Of a stretch of DNA of 64,000 bases, positions 63,336 to 64,000 are shown in pieces. Source of the DNA: Bispira polyomma (Eukaryota); assembly GCA_965649765.1 (NCBI GenBank), contig OZ287748.1, positions 10,788,001 to 10,852,000 on the forward strand, given 5' to 3'. Under the pieces are notes generated by a model. It worked only from the letters and a program-made list of their open reading frames with translations, was not told where the DNA came from and did no database searches. The position numbers and the translations under genes are program-made. Within the stretch, counting starts at the first letter, position 1. Every line of letters begins with the position of its first letter.

Positions 63336-64000
63336 GTAAGTAGATACTAATAATTTAGGCTACACTCACACATAAAGCCAAGTTCCACTGAGTGAAGTGA
63401 TCCCCCATGGTCTAGTGGGTGGGGTGTTGGTCTGATGATCAGAAGGTCCATGTTTCTATTCGCAGTACTGCCCACTAGTTTCATTTGGTGGGATAACCAT
63501 GTCCGTCAGGAGTTCACACACATAAGGATTAATTGTTACGAGTTGTCCTAGTGAGTACCTAGGAGATATCAAGGAGTCATCAAGATTCTATTGTGAGCTT
63601 TAACTCGACATTAAACTCTAGCTCTAACTCAGGAATGTGTGAGATTTAATTTAGTTGGCTTTTCGACATAAACGATCTCTGTCTGTGAAATACAGCATGC
63701 AGCTAAGGTGGTTCTTGCACTGAACAAAACACTCGTACATTTTTATTTTTATAAGTTCATTCATATTTGAAAAACATTTTAAGAGGGAAAACGAAATGCA
63801 CTTAATTTTTTAAACATTATATGGGATGCTGGTATCATGTCATCTGCATATGCAGTGAATATACCTGTAATATTGTCTGCCTGGTGGCAGTTTATGCTGA
63901 CTGGTGATTTTGATTATGTCTTATATATATACAATATTATCTGTTTTCATTTGGGAGAACGTGTCAGGTGACTGGTGATTTCAATTATTTTTTGTCCGTC

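Noticed and set aside
63014-63343. 109-aa hydrophobic ORF
   Set aside because: Non-ATG start and mostly T-rich intron/polypyrimidine sequence; the plausible coding frame is a different one starting at 63252.

Overview
AT-rich animal genomic DNA with GT-AG introns, tRNA-derived SINEs, LINE remnants and MITEs. The repeat repertoire and protein divergence suggest an invertebrate, plausibly a mollusc or other lophotrochozoan (inference). Protein-coding content: (1) an intronless 244-aa orphan ORF starting MGCTSSK (-, 3382-4116) behind a dense TGACGT/ACGT motif cluster; (2) an intronless Olig-family bHLH gene (-, 9939-10754); (3) an intronless Tctex1-domain dynein light chain gene (-, 23871-24521); (4) a complete 8-exon ferroportin/SLC40A1 gene (+, 42060-49841, 585 aa reconstructed by hand); (5) a probable first coding exon of a FAM167/LURAP-like gene at the right edge. 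The rest is intergenic or intronic DNA holding a decayed Tx1/L1-type LINE, L2/CR1 and RTE-X-like 3' ends, a Harbinger transposase relic, Kolobok-, IS3EU-, pogo- and Helentron-like non-autonomous elements, many SINEs and three minisatellites. Best leads: the ferroportin has lost the canonical C326/H507 and H43 ligands, gained lysosomal-type sorting motifs and shows no canonical IRE; a 66-bp array multiplies its exon-4 splice donor; a SINE carries about 16 tandem copies of its tRNA-derived B-box segment; and the lipid-anchored orphan gene has a CRE-array promoter. No CRISPR array, rRNA or intact tRNA gene was seen, and I found no unambiguous new multi-gene system.
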